A stretch of DNA of 64,000 nucleotides from the IMG/VR virus record IMGVR_UViG_3300033144_006348; one strand, given 5' to 3'. Position 1 is the stretch's first letter, and each line of letters starts with the position of its first letter. The DNA is from a virus. Its lineage: Duplodnaviria; Heunggongvirae; Uroviricota; Caudoviricetes. Of the stretch, positions 37,695-46,167 are shown in pieces. The translations under genes and the position numbers were made by a program. The notes beneath the pieces are model-generated. The model saw nothing but the letters and a program-made list of their open reading frames with translations, did no database searches and was not told the origin of the DNA.

Positions 37695-39079
37695 ACTGTT
37701 AATACCCTTTTTCTTTCATCAAGTTCTACAAATTCATCTTTTGCTAAAACTTTATTGATAAGATACTCACAATAATCTTCATCAAGATTGGTTAACATAT
37801 CCAACGATCTTGCTATACTGAAAGACTTAATCTTTTGTTTTTTTGTTATTTTTCCTTGGTTAAGAATGCTTGTAGCATGGAGGCAAGATTGATGAAATTC
37901 TTCTATTTCTCCATTTACATATAATGGATAAATATCGCCTGCGTAATCTCGCAACCACCCTTGAATTTCAGAAAATAAAAGGATTGGATAAAATAAAGTA
38001 AGATAAATTTTTAAATCTTCATTATATGTATTGGTTTCATCATTATATATTCTATCAACATCAATTCGTTTGAAGTTGAGAGTATCTGCTACATGATCAA
38101 CTAACCTCTGTGCAGCATCAATACATCTTTCTCCTTTGTAGAATCTTTTATCAATATCGGCAGACTTAAGGCTCATTTTCCTAACATATCCATCACCATC
38201 TTTAACATGAATATATCTTGCCATTTGACTTTGCTTATAAGGACCAGATGAATCATAAGTCATATTCAATTTAATTTTATGCTTATCCCAAACAATTTTA
38301 GTAAAAAATTCATAGAATAAAATATCTCTCCAGTTTGCACCTCCTAAAATATGGAAGTTGAGAAAGTCTCTATTATATTTTTTACATTCATTTAAGAGCG
38401 GGATTAATGGAAGGACATAGATAATACAGGGGATAGACATATCAGTAGCCATATTAGCTACTATACCACCTGTTCCATGTGATTGAAAATAAGGAAATAG
38501 TTCATTGTCTCTCATGATTCGAGTATATATATCCCAAAGTTTAGGAGTTCTAAAATGATGAATATATACAATTTTATCACGAACTACTTTTGGAAGGTCT
38601 CTTGCTTGTGTGTATGACTCTAAATTGAGTTTATAAACATCGTAGAAATTATGGAATATTTTACATCCGGGTCCAGGTGGAATATCTAAAATAAAAGCTT
38701 TGGCAAATAACTCATGATTATTTTTCAACCATTCATAATACATTTTAAATAAATTCTCTGATCTTTCTCTGGAAAATCGACCAGTAGATATTTGAAACCC
38801 GCCGCTATCAACATAAAAATCACATTTATCAAATATACCCATCTCTATACACTGATTAAACATTCGGGTTTCATTTATATCATGTTTTTCAAGTTTCTTT
38901 TTCTTATCGAAGTTTTGTCCATATGAGTGAAGAAAACCAGAGCAAGTAGTCGACAAAAATTTCGCTACATCTGCCCTAGTAAAGTTATCATGAAATTGTC
39001 CTCTTTCTCCCTTAATAAATCTATCAACAATGCCTGCTAAGGTTTCAAATCCAGCAAGGATATAACCACTTCTAACCAT
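37691..39079 (-). CDS. tRNA-guanine transglycosylase superfamily protein, DpdA-like (candidate DNA 7-deazaguanine transglycosylase)
   Basis: FYVDSGGFQIS matches the TGT catalytic-region signature TDSGGFQ. 462 aa with no obvious Zn-binding C-terminal motif, consistent with the DpdA-type branch. QueE-like gene nearby. Confidence 0.45.
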   Translation of the reverse strand: MVRSGYILAGFETLAGIVDRFIKGERGQFHDNFTRADVAKFLSTTCSGFLHSYGQNFDKKKKLEKHDINETRMFNQCIEMGIFDKCDFYVDSGGFQISTGRFSRERSENLFKMYYEWLKNNHELFAKAFILDIPPGPGCKIFHNFYDVYKLNLESYTQARDLPKVVRDKIVYIHHFRTPKLWDIYTRIMRDNELFPYFQSHGTGGIVANMATDMSIPCIIYVLPLIPLLNECKKYNRDFLNFHILGGANWRDILFYEFFTKIVWDKHKIKLNMTYDSSGPYKQSQMARYIHVKDGDGYVRKMSLKSADIDKRFYKGERCIDAAQRLVDHVADTLNFKRIDVDRIYNDETNTYNEDLKIYLTLFYPILLFSEIQGWLRDYAGDIYPLYVNGEIEEFHQSCLHATSILNQGKITKKQKIKSFSIARSLDMLTNLDEDYCEYLINKVLAKDEFVELDERKRVLTV

Positions 39080-39118
39080 TCTAAAACTCCCTTTTATTAT
39101 TTTGTTCCCAATTCACAT

Positions 39119-39334
39119 TTAAAATTCTATAGCACCAATTGCTAAATCTTTTATACCAACTGCTTTTTCAATCCAATCTACTTTACCATGACCAGAACAT
39201 TTAAAACATATTTTTTTATGATCCTTGATATTTAAAATAGATCCTACTTCTATTCCGTAACCATTACACTCAGGACATAACTCTTCTCCTTCTTTTACAA
39301 TTACAAAATCTCTCGTCCAATAATTAAAGGCCAC
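39119..39334 (-). CDS. DnaJ-type zinc-finger (CxxCxGxG) mini-protein
   Basis: CPECNGYG..CFKCSGHGKVDW. Confidence 0.45.
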   Translation of the reverse strand: MAFNYWTRDFVIVKEGEELCPECNGYGIEVGSILNIKDHKKICFKCSGHGKVDWIEKAVGIKDLAIGAIEF

Positions 39335-39900
39335 TATTCCATAACCTCAATAGTATAAGGCTCACCAACAGCGAAAGAAAATTCTGCAGCAGCTTTAAGA
39401 GCAGTCAAAACTCTTTTAGATGGAGACTTAACTCTTTTAGAAGTAAAAAATGATCCCAATGCTGTATTTGCTCCTGACCCTATAGCATTATAGTATCCAT
39501 ACGTTTTATTCATTTGGAAATCAAGTAAAATGTCATAGAGCTCACCTTTCCATGCTATTAAAAAATTGGACTGTTGTATTACAGCTCCATCTTCATCATT
39601 ACATATAACTCCCTTTTTAGTAAAATACTCATACATAGCATCAGGCATTTCTTTTATATCTTTAGGTGGAGTAAAGTAATCAGGTTTTATAAGTTGGCCA
39701 GTTCTAATACTTCCAGTAAATCCAATAAGATAGTCTCCATTCCAAAAAAGCTTTTCACAAAAAACAGGTCTATATTCAGCACGAGGATTAGTTGCAACTC
39801 CATCCGCACCCATATAAACTTTGCCATTTTGTAACAAACCAACAACACATGACATACTTATTCTCCCTTTAACTGTATATTTTCTTGCATCCTTAAACAT
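39334..39900 (-). CDS. HslV/proteasome-beta-like Ntn-hydrolase peptidase
   Basis: VYMGADGVAT and AIGSGANTALG parallel the HslV motifs (GDGQAT, AIGSGG). An N-terminal Ser (MSCVVG) sits where HslV has Thr. Confidence 0.45.
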   Translation of the reverse strand: MFKDARKYTVKGRISMSCVVGLLQNGKVYMGADGVATNPRAEYRPVFCEKLFWNGDYLIGFTGSIRTGQLIKPDYFTPPKDIKEMPDAMYEYFTKKGVICNDEDGAVIQQSNFLIAWKGELYDILLDFQMNKTYGYYNAIGSGANTALGSFFTSKRVKSPSKRVLTALKAAAEFSFAVGEPYTIEVME

Positions 39901-40661
39901 TTTGCTAAGTCAAAAACATAATCGTAAATATGCAGACCCTTAGACGAAGCTATCATTTCTCCATCTTCAACTCCAATTTCTGCTGCAACATACTCTTTTA
40001 ATAATTGAATTGCTGCTAAATTTGCTGGTAATCCATTCCACATATCCCATGATCTAAAATATGGATAAAAATGTAATTTGCCGTCCTGTATTCGTGTGTC
40101 TATATGTCTTAAACATGGAGGATCTTTAAGTAACATATCTGTTGGATGTGCCACCTGTAAAACCATTTGATTATTTCTAAACCCTTTATTTTTATAAGTC
40201 CATATCAGTAGATCTATTTGATTAAGACAAGTACACTTAAACTCTTTATCATAAAAAATTATCTCTAACTCAGATAATGTATCTAGTTCATTAATATAAA
40301 TATCAACCTTACCAATATAATGCAACGCTGCTGGAGGAATAGGATATCTTGTTAATCTCTGACCATAAGTGTAACTCTCCCCTTCTTTTAATTCTCCAGT
40401 CATCAAATAAGGAAGATACCCATCTAAATAATCATCTGCAACTGGATTTGGAATCCCATACTGTGGTTCAATTTGTGGTAGTAAAGGTCTTTCGCCAGGA
40501 TGTGTAATATGAATATCAACATAATCAAATTCCAACCTTTTTTGACCAGCATATGACCCTCTATCAATTGTAAAAACGCTTCCCTCAGTTATCATTCTAA
40601 ATAATGTTTGAAACCAAGCATCTCCTAAATGTGTAGCTTTTATATCTTGTTTATTTAACAC
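39858..40661 (-). CDS. Thymidylate synthase (ThyA) family enzyme; may be a dNMP hydroxymethylase rather than a true TS
   Basis: DPPCLRHIDTRIQDGKLHFYPYFRSWDMWNGLPANLAAIQLL parallels ThyA LPPCH..DGKLS.QLYQRS.D.FLGLPFNIASYALL. Confidence 0.55.
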   Translation of the reverse strand: MLNKQDIKATHLGDAWFQTLFRMITEGSVFTIDRGSYAGQKRLEFDYVDIHITHPGERPLLPQIEPQYGIPNPVADDYLDGYLPYLMTGELKEGESYTYGQRLTRYPIPPAALHYIGKVDIYINELDTLSELEIIFYDKEFKCTCLNQIDLLIWTYKNKGFRNNQMVLQVAHPTDMLLKDPPCLRHIDTRIQDGKLHFYPYFRSWDMWNGLPANLAAIQLLKEYVAAEIGVEDGEMIASSKGLHIYDYVFDLAKCLRMQENIQLKGE

Positions 40662-41010
40662 CGTGAAGAATACCTCCTTGTGGGATTACTACAGCAGTTC
40701 CTTCTTGGGACATTAATTCTACAGAAGTCAATTGACTTATTAAATTTTTATCAGTAAGTTTCCCATATACGTCTTCGTATCTGAGAACTTTAAGAATCCT
40801 GTTTTTAATAACTATAGTCTGGCCTCCATGTTGAAGATGAAAAATTAAAACATCTCCAACTTTAATTGCAGAGACATCTTCTCCAACTGTTACAACTCTT
40901 CCATAACCTTGAGGATCTATAATTGCATCAGTAGGAGCAATTATTCCTCCACTAGATTTTTGTCTCTTTAATTCTTCAACGATAATCTTGTCTTTTACTG
41001 CTTCCAGCAT
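40651..41010 (-). CDS. GroES/gp31-like co-chaperonin
   Basis: Size about 110-120 aa. N-terminal MLEAVKDKIIVEELKRQKSSGGIIAPT fits the GroES pattern (roof hairpin, mobile loop GGI). Confidence 0.5.
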   Translation of the reverse strand: MLEAVKDKIIVEELKRQKSSGGIIAPTDAIIDPQGYGRVVTVGEDVSAIKVGDVLIFHLQHGGQTIVIKNRILKVLRYEDVYGKLTDKNLISQLTSVELMSQEGTAVVIPQGGILHGVK

Positions 41011-41296
41011 CTTGTTTTCTCCTTTTCATTTGATATTTTCTTGCTCTATCTTGCATCTCTTTCTTTTTTTCTTCCTCTTTTTTGAGCATTCTGATTGCTC
41101 TAGCTCTTTTCTTCCTCTTTTTTATACTAGGTTTTTCATGAAACATAGAATCTCGAAACTCTTTTGCGATTCCGCTTTTAGAATACTTTTTCCTGAACCT
41201 CTTGATAAGTTCGTGAGTAGATTCTCCCTTTTTCTGGACAACACATATTCCAAAATTCTCTTCTGGCTGATAATGTTCAGGTCTTTCTAAGTGCAT
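40976..41296 (-). CDS. rpsU: Ribosomal protein bS21-like protein with N- and C-terminal extensions
   Basis: ..ICVVQKKGES..LIKRFRKKYSKSGIAKEFRDSMFHEKPSIKKRKKRARAIR aligns with bacterial bS21 (..VIKV.[41 protein letters not shown]). Confidence 0.5.
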   Translation of the reverse strand: MHLERPEHYQPEENFGICVVQKKGESTHELIKRFRKKYSKSGIAKEFRDSMFHEKPSIKKRKKRARAIRMLKKEEEKKKEMQDRARKYQMKRRKQDAGSSKRQDYR

Positions 41297-41583
41297 TTTT
41301 AATCATCTCCTTCCTTAACCTCTTCACGAAAGTTATAATTAGGTGTCCTAAAAGAGGCACACCCAGACCAACGATTACTGGACTCAAACTACCAAGAACC
41401 CATGCAAGATCTGTGTTCATATTTAACATCCTTTTAACGAGGAAATAACAATTTTGTCCTCGCCCTTCTTTTTAAATAGTAAAAACCATATAATCTTCCA
41501 AACATTTTGATCAGGCCTATTACTTGCAGACCCTCCGTCTTTAGATTCTAGTTGAATACTATATTTTCTCATTTCTTTCCTCC

Positions 41584-42270
41584 TTATACAAAACCATAAA
41601 TTATATGACTTCGTGACGAAAAATTGAATTTGTACTTCTCTGCAACATCAAAAACTTCTCCTGAATTTTTGATTAGCGTACTTCTATTTGTACCCTCTGG
41701 CATTAACCAAACTCTTCTACTTGCGAATCTATCTTTTTTCATTAATTGAGATAATATTTCTAAATAATCAATCACAGTAGATCGAGTCTCATAAACAATC
41801 TTAATATAAACATCATCAAAATCTAATAATTCTTTAGTTTTTTCAACCGCTTCTCTGAGATCTTCAGGTGTAAATATTTTTGGTGAATATATAAACTTTA
41901 CATTTTTAGCCTTAGATGTTGATAAAACTAGTCGTGGTAATTTATATCCATTTGACTCAACATTTACAATTGGATACTCTAATTCATTTAATAATGCAAG
42001 AGTTTCAGCATAATGTTTCGGTACCGTAGGTTCTCCACCTGTTATTAACAAACCGCAATTTGTATCATCTATCTGTTTTTGAATGTCTGATAAAAGGTGG
42101 GGTGCCTCTGCTGAGATACGCATTTTTACAGATGTATCACACCAAGAGCATTTGAGGTTACACGTTTTGAACCTGAGGATAAGCATTGCTCGGCCCATAT
42201 CTGGACCTTCCCCTTGAAAACTCCTAAAATTTTCGATTAGTCTTACCGATTCCATAAATTCCCCTTTCAT
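41584..42270 (-). CDS. queE: Radical-SAM 7-carboxy-7-deazaguanine synthase (QueE)-like enzyme
   Basis: IENFRSFQGEGPDMGRAMLILRFKTCNLKCSWCDT fits the QueE N-terminus (F.T.QGEG..G.P..F.R..GC.L.C.WCDT). A GGEP motif is also present. Confidence 0.55.
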   Translation of the reverse strand: MKGEFMESVRLIENFRSFQGEGPDMGRAMLILRFKTCNLKCSWCDTSVKMRISAEAPHLLSDIQKQIDDTNCGLLITGGEPTVPKHYAETLALLNELEYPIVNVESNGYKLPRLVLSTSKAKNVKFIYSPKIFTPEDLREAVEKTKELLDFDDVYIKIVYETRSTVIDYLEILSQLMKKDRFASRRVWLMPEGTNRSTLIKNSGEVFDVAEKYKFNFSSRSHIIYGFV

Positions 42271-42286
42271 TTTTTATTTGTTCTAA

Positions 42287-45200
42287 TTAAAAAGTCAATA
42301 CTTCCATGTTTTTCTGTACATCTAATAACGGTTTTAACATCAATTCATATCTATCAACAAATACAAATTTTAGAGTTGCTTTAGTATCTCTTATGAAATA
42401 ATCTGGTAATTTTTCCTCTTCGTCGGGGATTGCTATTACTTGTAACTTTTTCCCTTCTGAAATAAACTTATGATACTTGTTCCTAACATCTTCTGGAGCT
42501 TTCATAATATCAACGCCTGAAACCCAATACATATATGCTCTAGCACCAGGTCTATGACTCATATACATTATTTCATTCCATGCTTCCATAGCCTTAACTC
42601 CCTGTGGAATGAGTTTATAATCTTTCAATGGTCTTCCATATGACACAGGCCTTGCTATGGTTTTACTTCCTTCCTTAATTAATCTGATAAATTCCCCTTC
42701 TTTACTTTGGACAAATTTTAATAGGCCTGATATTAATATCTTTTCAGATTTTAAAATTAACTCTGAAAGTTCAGTTAGAAACTCTTTTGATTTACTTGGG
42801 TAGTCTGATCTTTTAATCTCTACTCCCATATAACTAATTTCGTCCACATCTTCTCCTTCTATATTTATAACACGAATTGCATATCTCTTTTTAGCTAAAA
42901 ATAAGCCTCTTGAAATAACCAACTCATTTTTTAACATCAATCTGTTAAAGTCCATATCTGTATTATGTTTCTTTACAACTTCAATAATTTTATCATTGTT
43001 TAAAAACTCTTTTATTTTAGAACACCAAGAAAGAATATTTTCAACTGTCTTATCTTCTGGAAAATTTTCAAAACAACAAAAAATTGAGTCAGTATCACCG
43101 GTTACAATGTATTCATTACTTCTATCTGGCATTGCCTTTTCAAACATTTCTTGTTTAGTTAGAGGATTTGGTTTTACATATGGTAGTCCTGTACTTAAAT
43201 GCCTCATAAAAGCATCAGCCTCAATGATAGAAGTTTTTAGAGCTTCTTGCCCTGATAGTGTTACTGCAGCAGCTAGAGATGTATCAAAAAATCTGAATGC
43301 TTTATTTGCAACAACTCCATATAAAGTATTAGCTAGCACTTTATAAACTAATTGCCTTGTATAAAAGAATGCTCTTCCATCTTGATCTTTCTTGTCGATT
43401 GCCTCAAACATCTTCTTTTTATATTCTTTTCTGGACTTCATTAAATTATCAACAATTTCTCCAAAAACAGAAAACTCTTTCTTCTGAGGTTTGAAAAAAC
43501 AACCATTAATAGTAAATATTAATTCATCATCTTTTATTTTTTTAAACAGTTGATCCTTAGAAACTTTAACTAATTTATTTTCATACAATGGGTCAATATA
43601 CACTTCAATTTTTTCTGGTAGATTGTCTGGATAATATGTCAATTCATATCCTAAATGAGGATCTTTTGTTTTCATTACATAACTATTTACCCCTATATTG
43701 TATGTAATCATTAAACTTGGATATAGTGAAGCAAAATCAAAGTCTGTGATATGATCATAGATTCCAGGAATTGGTTCAAATACAAATGCTCCTGGATAAT
43801 CTTTCTTTTTAACATGAGGATCAGCATTTTTTGATGCAAGTCCCTTTTTATTCAAGTATGAAACCATCAATGTATCAATTTGTCCGAACGGTGAAGATCC
43901 TGTATCAAAACTTGCATTACAAATAATCCTTAACTCATTCAACAAATTTATATGAGATAATTTATTTTCAAGACTCTCCAAAATTTCAGCATCTCTAATA
44001 TTATACTCTATCGTTGTATTTAACATCTTCCAGTACATTTCGTTAAATTTAAGAGGAAGTTGTATCTTGGTTATTTCTAATTCATGTTGTGCAATAAAAC
44101 CAAGCTTATAGTTCTCCATCTTTGTGAATGTAAAAAATTTATATAAAAACTCTTGATCCAAAATAACACAACCTGGAATATGGCAAATATATTTAGAACC
44201 ATCAATATACACTTCTCCAAAATTTGAAAGTGAATTAGGCGGCATCCCTATTTTATTCATACGGTTATAAATATAGTCCATATCAAAGTTAATGAAGTTC
44301 CACCCACTCATAAAATCTGGATCATCTTTTTTAAAGTCTTTAATAAAAGTATTTAATAACTGTCTTTCATTACTGAATATTTTAATTTCAACTCCTTCTT
44401 GATCTTTAATTGGTTCAGTTTTATTATCAATAACGTAAGTAGTTTTCTTTCCATTTAAAATTGTAGTAATCATATTGATCGGAAACAATGATTTCTTTGG
44501 ACTGGGGAATATAGTTTCTTTTCCAGTATCAACCTCAATATCACAAAACATCACATTATTTTGTGATTTCTGTGGTTCTCCCTCATTAAAGAAATAATAA
44601 TCCATTGTATGTTTCGCTGTAATTTTATAGTCGCCTTCATATGTAATCTTTGGATCTAAACTAAATCTGTCTTTGTATGGAATTGAAATCTGATTCAGGT
44701 CATCATATGGAACTAATTTCCTTGCTTCAACTCCCTCTGGAACTTGATAACATACAAACTCATCACTTTCTTGGTGATAACATTTAAAATTATGTTTGTC
44801 TCTAAAAATATATAAAACTTTACTCTTTTTATTTAAATACTGAACATCTATTAATCTATACTCATCCGTATAAAACTTATCTGGAATCCTGTATCTATGA
44901 ACGCCTTTTCCTAGCGTTTTCCCTTTTACAGTTGCTTTTATATCAATCTTCTTTCCACTAATTAATTCAGCAACCTTTGCTATATCAGCTTCAAATTTTG
45001 GCATCCATAAATTTTTATTTCTATTTACAAACGATGGATGAACTGTCAAGAATAATTTATAATCCTCCCACTCAAAAATCTGTCCGTGGATATTAGTTAT
45101 TCCACTCTTGGCAATTCCAAAAGCAGACATTGGGCTTCCGCCCATCAAAAGAACTAAATCTGGATTGCATACTCGAATCATATTCATACAATTCTCTTTA

Positions 45201-45550
45201 CATCTTTCAATAACATCATCAGTTGGATTTCCTGTAGTTCCATCTGGATTTAATGTCTGACATAAAACAACATTTGTTAAAAGATATTTAATTTTATTCA
45301 ACCCAAACATTTCAAAATATTGACGAAATACTTTTCCCGCAGTTCCTATCAATGGTTGTCCTTTCTTGATTTCATTCTTTCCAGGATTTTCAGCTACAAC
45401 CACAAGAGAAACTTTAGATAAATCATCTTCTGAATTAGTTTCTATCATACAAGAAGGTGTATCTAAAAGAGGACACACTGAACAGTTTGCAAATGATTTT
45501 TTTATTGATTCCAAATATATACCCCTTTCTTTTTGATTGTTTGTTCCCAT
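42287..45550 (-). CDS. Family-B DNA polymerase with 3'-5' exonuclease and an N-terminal family-4 UDG-like domain
   Basis: N-terminus: C..C.L, VVAENPGKNE..GQPLIGTAGKVF and HPSFV, as in UDG family 4. Exo I DIEVDTG. Motif B KVLANTLYGV. Motif C VTGDTDSIF. Confidence 0.75.
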   Translation of the reverse strand: MGTNNQKERGIYLESIKKSFANCSVCPLLDTPSCMIETNSEDDLSKVSLVVVAENPGKNEIKKGQPLIGTAGKVFRQYFEMFGLNKIKYLLTNVVLCQTLNPDGTTGNPTDDVIERCKENCMNMIRVCNPDLVLLMGGSPMSAFGIAKSGITNIHGQIFEWEDYKLFLTVHPSFVNRNKNLWMPKFEADIAKVAELISGKKIDIKATVKGKTLGKGVHRYRIPDKFYTDEYRLIDVQYLNKKSKVLYIFRDKHNFKCYHQESDEFVCYQVPEGVEARKLVPYDDLNQISIPYKDRFSLDPKITYEGDYKITAKHTMDYYFFNEGEPQKSQNNVMFCDIEVDTGKETIFPSPKKSLFPINMITTILNGKKTTYVIDNKTEPIKDQEGVEIKIFSNERQLLNTFIKDFKKDDPDFMSGWNFINFDMDYIYNRMNKIGMPPNSLSNFGEVYIDGSKYICHIPGCVILDQEFLYKFFTFTKMENYKLGFIAQHELEITKIQLPLKFNEMYWKMLNTTIEYNIRDAEILESLENKLSHINLLNELRIICNASFDTGSSPFGQIDTLMVSYLNKKGLASKNADPHVKKKDYPGAFVFEPIPGIYDHITDFDFASLYPSLMITYNIGVNSYVMKTKDPHLGYELTYYPDNLPEKIEVYIDPLYENKLVKVSKDQLFKKIKDDELIFTINGCFFKPQKKEFSVFGEIVDNLMKSRKEYKKKMFEAIDKKDQDGRAFFYTRQLVYKVLANTLYGVVANKAFRFFDTSLAAAVTLSGQEALKTSIIEADAFMRHLSTGLPYVKPNPLTKQEMFEKAMPDRSNEYIVTGDTDSIFCCFENFPEDKTVENILSWCSKIKEFLNNDKIIEVVKKHNTDMDFNRLMLKNELVISRGLFLAKKRYAIRVINIEGEDVDEISYMGVEIKRSDYPSKSKEFLTELSELILKSEKILISGLLKFVQSKEGEFIRLIKEGSKTIARPVSYGRPLKDYKLIPQGVKAMEAWNEIMYMSHRPGARAYMYWVSGVDIMKAPEDVRNKYHKFISEGKKLQVIAIPDEEEKLPDYFIRDTKATLKFVFVDRYELMLKPLLDVQKNMEVLTF

Positions 45551-45581
45551 TTAAAAAAATAATTACTATATATATTAATAA
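45543..45581 (+). promoter_or_regulatory. GTTCCCATTTAAAAA box + 18-nt spacer + TATATATATTAATAA; candidate promoter driving rightward into the GC-rich non-coding segment
   Basis: Near-identical composite to 49522-49560, with the same spacer length. Overlaps the polB start codon on the other strand. Confidence 0.4.
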
Positions 45582-45590
45582 CTGTCATAG

Positions 45591-45982
45591 TCAATTCTTG
45601 TGATTGGCAATTATAGAAACTGCCATGGTTTCTGGGCTTTTAGTTTCACAAGAGATATCTAAGGCCGAATTCGATGCTAGGGATGTACAGCATTGGATTG
45701 CCCGGTCGGGTCTAACTTTTACTCCGGTACATGGCTTAGTTTTCCCAAATTCCATATTTTCCCAAATTCTACTAGTGGCTTTAAGGAGGGCCAAAGACAA
45801 TGTAAAATAATTTTATAGAGGCTGCAAGGAAGTGCGCCAATAGAGCGTTGCGTATTGATCCTCGGTATACCCGAATGCCTGATAGGAGGGGGCAAAAAAG
45901 TCATGAGATTATAAAGCAAAATAATCATTTTAAATAATACAGCCAGAGATACCTTTAGTGGGGAAGCGCTTGGTAGCGTGCC
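45591..45982 (+). ncRNA. Candidate structured non-coding RNA (~390 nt), class unknown
   Basis: GC content far above genome background. Only short mutually overlapping ORFs on both strands. Bracketed by the promoter-like composite motif and a strong terminator. Confidence 0.3.
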
Positions 45983-46033
45983 GAGGGAGAGAAGAGCCGG
46001 TGACGACGGCCATGACTCTCTCCCTCATTTTTT
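45983..46033 (+). terminator. Intrinsic terminator closing the 45.6-46.0 kb non-coding segment
   Basis: Hairpin GAGGGAGAGA-agagccggtgacgacggccatgac-TCTCTCCCTC followed by ATTTTTTC. Confidence 0.55.
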
Positions 46034-46167
46034 CAATGCATGTCTGATCAACGACTGTGTTGGAACTGGTGAGGCATAGAGATATGATTGCCTGATCACT
46101 CTATGCCTCAGCAGTCTCAACAGATTTCATTTTTATAAAATCAACTTTATATGAAAGGAGATACACC

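Noticed and set aside
41584-42270. Alternative call of the radical-SAM ORF as an anaerobic ribonucleotide reductase activase (NrdG)
   Set aside because: The N-terminal F-x-[ST]-x-QGEG motif and the overall arrangement fit QueE better than NrdG, and no nrdD is present. The NrdG alternative is retained only as the refutation condition.
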